DNA of 64,000 nucleotides from Mustelus asterias (Eukaryota): NCBI RefSeq assembly GCF_964213995.1, contig NC_135812.1, positions 76,942,001 to 77,006,000 of the forward strand, read 5' to 3'. Shown piece by piece: positions 59,545 to 64,000 of this stretch (position 1 is its first letter; each line of letters starts with the position of its first letter). The notes under the pieces were generated by a model. It saw only the letters and a program-made list of their open reading frames with translations, ran no database searches and was not told where the DNA came from. The position numbers and the translations under genes were made by a program.

Positions 59545-61280
59545 TTCAGTAAAAGCTGCATTGGAATCATCAGTGATAAATCAATGCACTGAAGTGCAGC
59601 ATGGGTTGACAAGAGATTAACAAGAAAATAAACAGCTGGAAGTACAGTTGATCATCATCTTTCAAGATCAAATCCAAAAGGAGCACATAACCTTTCACCA
59701 ATGTGAAGTAATGAAGGTTCTTGAATAACAGAATGGACGAACAGCAGAATAAAGTCAAGGAGACTCTGCTGAATTACATTTACACACTACAAGAATCCCT
59801 CAGGTCAAGTTTGTTCCTCTCGAAGATTTCAAAGAGAAGCAAAATGAATTTAATGTCAGTCTTAATGAACTAAAGAACCAGTGGCAGAGAAGACTCAGCA
59901 ATGTTCCATATTCTAGGAGGAAAGCAAAAGGTACAAGAAAAAGACTGAAGAACCAGCTGAATGGAAATAAGGAGGCATTGAAAGGAAAAGCCATAGAACT
60001 TTCCAAGCTGAGAGAGAATAACAAAGTTAAGACTTTACTGGAGACAGACCTGGCTGACACTGAAATTAAAATAAAGACAGAGAAAAGAAATACAGAAATA
60101 AGATTGAAAATGTAAATCCAACGCTGAAGATGAAGGAACTGGAAGAAAAAGCATTGGATGCCTCAGACGTACTGAGAGCATTGAGTTGTTAAAAAATGAA
60201 ATGAAGGGCGGCACGGTAGCACAGTGGTTAGCACTGCTGCTTCACAGCTCCAGGGACCTGGGTTCGATTCCCGGCTTGGGTCACTGTCTGTGTGCAGTTT
60301 GCACATTCTCCTCGTGTCTGCGTGGGTTTCCTCCGGGTGCTCCGGTTTCCTCCCACAGTCCAAAGATGTGCGGGTTAGGTTGATTGGCCATGCTAAAATT
60401 GCCCCTTAGTGTCCTGAGATCCGTAGGTTAGAGGGATTAGTGGGTAAATATGTGGGGATGTGGGGGTAGGGCCTGGGTGGGATTGTGGTCGGTGCAGAAT
60501 CGATGGGCCCAATGGCCTCTTTCTGCACTGTAGAGTTTCTATGATTCTATGAAATGGCTGAAATGAAAACTGTTAACCTAAATTGTCAAGAAAAAGTTGA
60601 ACAGTTGAAGGAGAAAGTAGAAGTTCTGTCAAGGAGCATGAACAGTCTCAAAAACAACTATTAGAAGTAGATTAAAGAATGTGAGCTTGAAGTATACAGG
60701 AATTAAGCTCTGCTAAGGAAAAATGGTTCAGTTGTAGAACCAACTTTTACTTATGGAACATGAGTTTGCTAATGAAAAATTAGAAATGTATGAACTTCAA
60801 GTCTCAGAAGTATCTGGTAAGCATCATGAAAAGAGTAATGTAATTATTGAACTTCGAGCCAATCTGAAAAACATGAAAGGTGCACCTGGAAGAGCAAAAT
60901 GTGTGGAAGAGCAAATCCTGACTTTAAAAGCAGATAGCTCTTAGACAAAGGCAACTGAACTCACCAGAGTAACTGCTGAGTGAATGAAAAAAAATCATAG
61001 GCTTGAAAAAGGATTAGGAAAATGAGAGAGTAAACAAATATTTGGTTAAAATTGTGAAACAAGTTCCCTTTGGAAGGAACAGGTCAAACCCAAGGTGCCT
61101 GAACAAAGTAGATGGACTGTCAATAAAGAGAATTACGACTTGAAGGAGCACAAAACGTGAACTGAATGGAGGCAATCAAGTACCAGAAACATCGAGCACT
61201 ACAAATGCAACGCCAAACCAACAAAGTCAACAAAAATAACTGAGACTACCATTCCTCCAAACGTGACAGAACAAGATCTG
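59545..61280 (+). pseudogene. Decayed intronless coiled-coil protein sequence (parent unidentified), antisense within the last XYLT2 intron
   Basis: A-rich codon-like stretch with stops and frameshifts: VKFVPLEDFKEKQNEFNVSLNELKNQ, NKEALKGKAIELSKLRENNKVKTLLETDL, MAEMKTVNLNCQEKVEQLKEKVEVLSRSM, MEHEFANEKLEMYELQVSEVSGKHHEKSNVIIELRANLK. Confidence 0.6.
60206..60552 (+). mobile_element. Young HE1-type V-SINE
   Basis: Full head with ggttcgattcc B box, V-domain and ttctatgattctatga tail; atgaaatg on both sides (TSD-like). Confidence 0.95.
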
Positions 61281-61749
61281 GGAGAACTGTTACGATTCTG
61301 GACATTCTGAATTTATAAAGCCAGAGACTTGAGGGGCGAAGGGGTTGGCAATTAAAGTAAAGAAGATTGTATTGTAAACATATTTTGTAAGGACTTGGGG
61401 GAGGTGTAGCATAAGGGTGCTTGGGAGACCGAGGGTTAATGTGGGATTAGAGAACAGCACCACCCATGGTACAATGTGGAGAGTCACACTATGGTAGATT
61501 GTATGTAATAAAGTCTGAAAAAATCCAGCATGGGGACAGCAGTCATGCATGATAGTACTTTGGAGATGTAAATAGTTATGAATTATCAATAAATGCTTTA
61601 AGTTCAACCAAACAAGCCTCCAGACCTCAGTGGAGTACCAAACAACTTTACAACAATGTCTAGAAGTTATTTGAAGGTAGAGTGTCGGAGCATTCATGAT
61701 GGAATTATTTTTTGGGAAACAAAACACAGAGTTCCAGATTTCCCCACTT

Positions 61750-61900
61750 TAATGATGACCATGAAACTATCGCCGACCGTTGCAAAAACCCACCTGGTTC
61801 ACTAATGGCCTTTAGGGAAGGACATCTGCTGTCCTCACCTGGTCTGGCCTACATGTGATCCCAAACCCACAACAATGTGGTTGACAACTCAGTTCGAGGG
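61750..61900 (+). mobile_element. Fragment homologous to the 13350-13530 LINE/SINE leader
   Basis: gatgaccatgaaac...ctggttcactaatg..ggaaggacatctgctgtcctcacctggtctggcctacatgtga. Confidence 0.75.
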
Positions 61901-62340
61901 GAACATAATGTGTGAATAGAACCACGCAGATTGTTTATACAGTTCCATCATAACCTCTTAGGCCTTGTATTCTAAGCTTCAGGTTGCCTTCTTGAGCATC
62001 TTATTTACTTATTCATTCACCTTCTGGCATCTGTGGACATGCATACCAAGGTTCCTCTGTTCTTCTACACTTCTCAGTATGCTGTGCATTTATTGTATTC
62101 CCTTGCCTTGTTAGCCTTCCCCAAATGCATTAACTCACACTTCTCCAGATTCTCCATTTATCAATGTGTTCTGCTCATCTGGTTGCTCCATCGATACCTT
62201 CCTGAAGCCTCCTGCTCTCATCTTCATCATCAATCACAAGGCCAACTTTTACATTGTCTGCATATTTCTTAATCATATAGGGGAAGGTGGGATCAGGTTA
62301 TTGAGTTGGATAATCGACTCGAAGGGCCGAATGGCCTCCT

Positions 62341-62655
62341 CATAGAATAGCATTCCTGCAGATGAGATCATTCGGCCCATCGAGCCTGCACCAACAACAA
62401 TCCCACCCAGGCCCTTTCCCTGTAACTCCACTTTACCCTGCTAATCTCCCTGATACTAAGGGGCAATTGAGCATGGCCAATCAACCTAATCCTCACATCT
62501 TTGGAGTGACAGAGGAAACAGGAGCATCCGGAGGAAACTCACGCAGACACGGGGAGAATGTGCAAACTCCACACAGACAGTTACCCGAGGCCGGAATTGA
62601 ACTAGGTCTCTGGCGTTGTGAGGCAGCAGTGCTAACCATTGAGACACCATGTTGT
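62341..62655 (-). mobile_element. HE1-type V-SINE within a decayed minus-strand CR1 (~61940-62900)
   Basis: catagaat tail complement...tgtgcaaactccacacagacag...tgtgaggcagcagtgctaacc. Confidence 0.88.
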
Positions 62656-63108
62656 CCTCCTGTTCCTATACCCTCTACATTCAAGTCTAAATCATTTATT
62701 ATATACCAAAAAAGAATGGGAGTTGAGCCTTGTGGACCCCCGATAGAAACAGCCTTCCGGTCACAAAAAGGTCCACTGAACTTTACCTTTAGCTTCCTGC
62801 CTCTGAGCCAATTTTGGATTCAAAGTGTCATTTTGCCTTGGATCCAATGAACTTTACTTTAGTTACCAGTCTGACATCCGAGACCATGTCGAAAGCCCCC
62901 TTAACCTTCTCTGCTCCAATTAGAAAACACTCACTTTCTGCAGTTCCTCCACAATTTTAAGATTTGTTGAACTATAGGATGTTTTTAAACCAGACTGACT
63001 GAGCACAGCAGCCCAGTATGGAAAAGGGTGAGCCTGTATACAGTGCGGCTGCAAAATATGTGACAGGAGGCAGATTCCAGCCTCAATACTGTGTAGGATT
63101 TAACGTAC

Positions 63109-63442
63109 CTTTTCTAAATGGTCGCTTCCCACTGAAGGCCAGAGGTACTACCAGGAACTTGGTTTCTGCCAGGAGAACCCACAGGTGCAGCACCCGCACA
63201 GTCCAGCTGCCAGGCCGCAGTGGGTGGTTTAATGGGGGTTTGTACTGTGTGTATTCAGTCTCTGAATCCACTGTTATGTCATAGGATGTCGCAATGATGT
63301 AAGTGGGATCGATCCACACGACTGTGGCAGTCATGTTACTGCCTTTGGCCCATTTCTGCATGGCAATCGGCTCGTCAAAGGGCCCGATCAATCCGCCAAA
63401 GTTACGGAACAGTCGCTCCTTGGGATCCCATTCAATTCCCAC
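63109..63442 (-). CDS. XYLT2: Xylosyltransferase 2, penultimate coding exon (334 nt)
   Basis: ttgtttag|[78 protein letters not shown]...PFRK G|gtacgt. WDPKER, WIDPTY and ATSYDITVD are XYLT2-type rather than XYLT1-type. Confidence 0.95.
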
Positions 63443-63614
63443 CTAAACAATGGGATGGAAATGCAGGGATTAGCTCCATCAACAGCTGCAGTCAAGAGTC
63501 TATTAAAAAATCAAAGCATGGCACTGGGCTGTTTCACATCAAGCAGTCTCCCTCTGCTCTTTCGCATCAATAGACCTCAGTCCCAATAACAATATCCAAT
63601 ATAGCAATTGTAAA

Positions 63615-63965
63615 GGGATAAAAAGGTGAGGGAAGGGAGCGGGGTAGAGACAAGAACAAAGAGCTGAGGGGAGAGAGAGAGACAAGGGAGGAGCAAGAAA
63701 GAGATGAGGGGGAAAAGGGAGAAAGAGGGAGGGAGGGGGAGAGATGGAGGGGAGGGAAGAGAAATGAGGGGAGAGAGAGAGAGATGAAGGGAAAGAAAGA
63801 ATGGAAGTGACAGAAAAATGGGGGGAGAGAGAGAGAGATGAAGGGAGAAGAGAAGAATCATGGGGAGGGAGAGAGGAATGGACGGGGGGAAGAAAGAGAT
63901 TCAAGAGAGGGAAAGTGACACAAGAGAAGGGAGAGAGAGAGTAGGAGAGGGAGAAAGAAGAGCAA
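63615..63965. repeat. Purine-rich (GA) low-complexity tract
   Basis: Direct inspection. Confidence 0.85.
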
Positions 63966-64000
63966 GCCTGAGGGTCAGCAAGATTTAAAAATTCAGAGAA

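Noticed and set aside
59545-61280. Naming the coiled-coil pseudogene (UACA, NUMA1, KIF20B, CENPF, SYCP1 considered)
   Set aside because: Only generic coiled-coil similarity was seen, with no diagnostic motif.
57597-63442. XYLT1 assignment
   Set aside because: Diagnostic residues ([37 protein letters not shown]) fit XYLT2 better; reciprocal BLAST would confirm.

Overview
This is eukaryotic, repeat-dense vertebrate DNA. HE1-type V-SINEs, HER1/CR1 LINEs with (TTCTATGA)n tails, Deu-domain SINEs and Penelope pLTRs point to a cartilaginous fish (shark). No prokaryotic features (CRISPR, operons, rRNA) are present, and most ORFs in the six-frame track are decayed transposon frames or antisense shadows. 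Two host loci are visible. (1) The last two coding exons of XYLT2 lie on the minus strand (63109-63442, 57597-57919) with clean, phase-compatible splice sites. (2) A plus-strand spliced gene that no single ORF shows has a putative TATA/5' exon near 33350-33543 and coding exons 34112-34364 and 45677-46038. It encodes a 204-aa, signal-peptide-bearing, Cys-rich protein whose motif order resembles the actinoporin/aegerolysin beta-sandwich (by-eye inference, not search-confirmed); this is the most interesting item. The first ~16 kb is a decayed ~100-bp satellite with a palindromic core, heavily invaded by elements. The window also holds two decayed two-ORF Harbinger transposons and their MITEs, Gypsy remnants and solo LTRs, Penelope pLTRs with minimal hammerhead ribozyme motifs, and an unidentified coiled-coil pseudogene in the last XYLT2 intron. 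Repeat boundaries are approximate and were read by eye.
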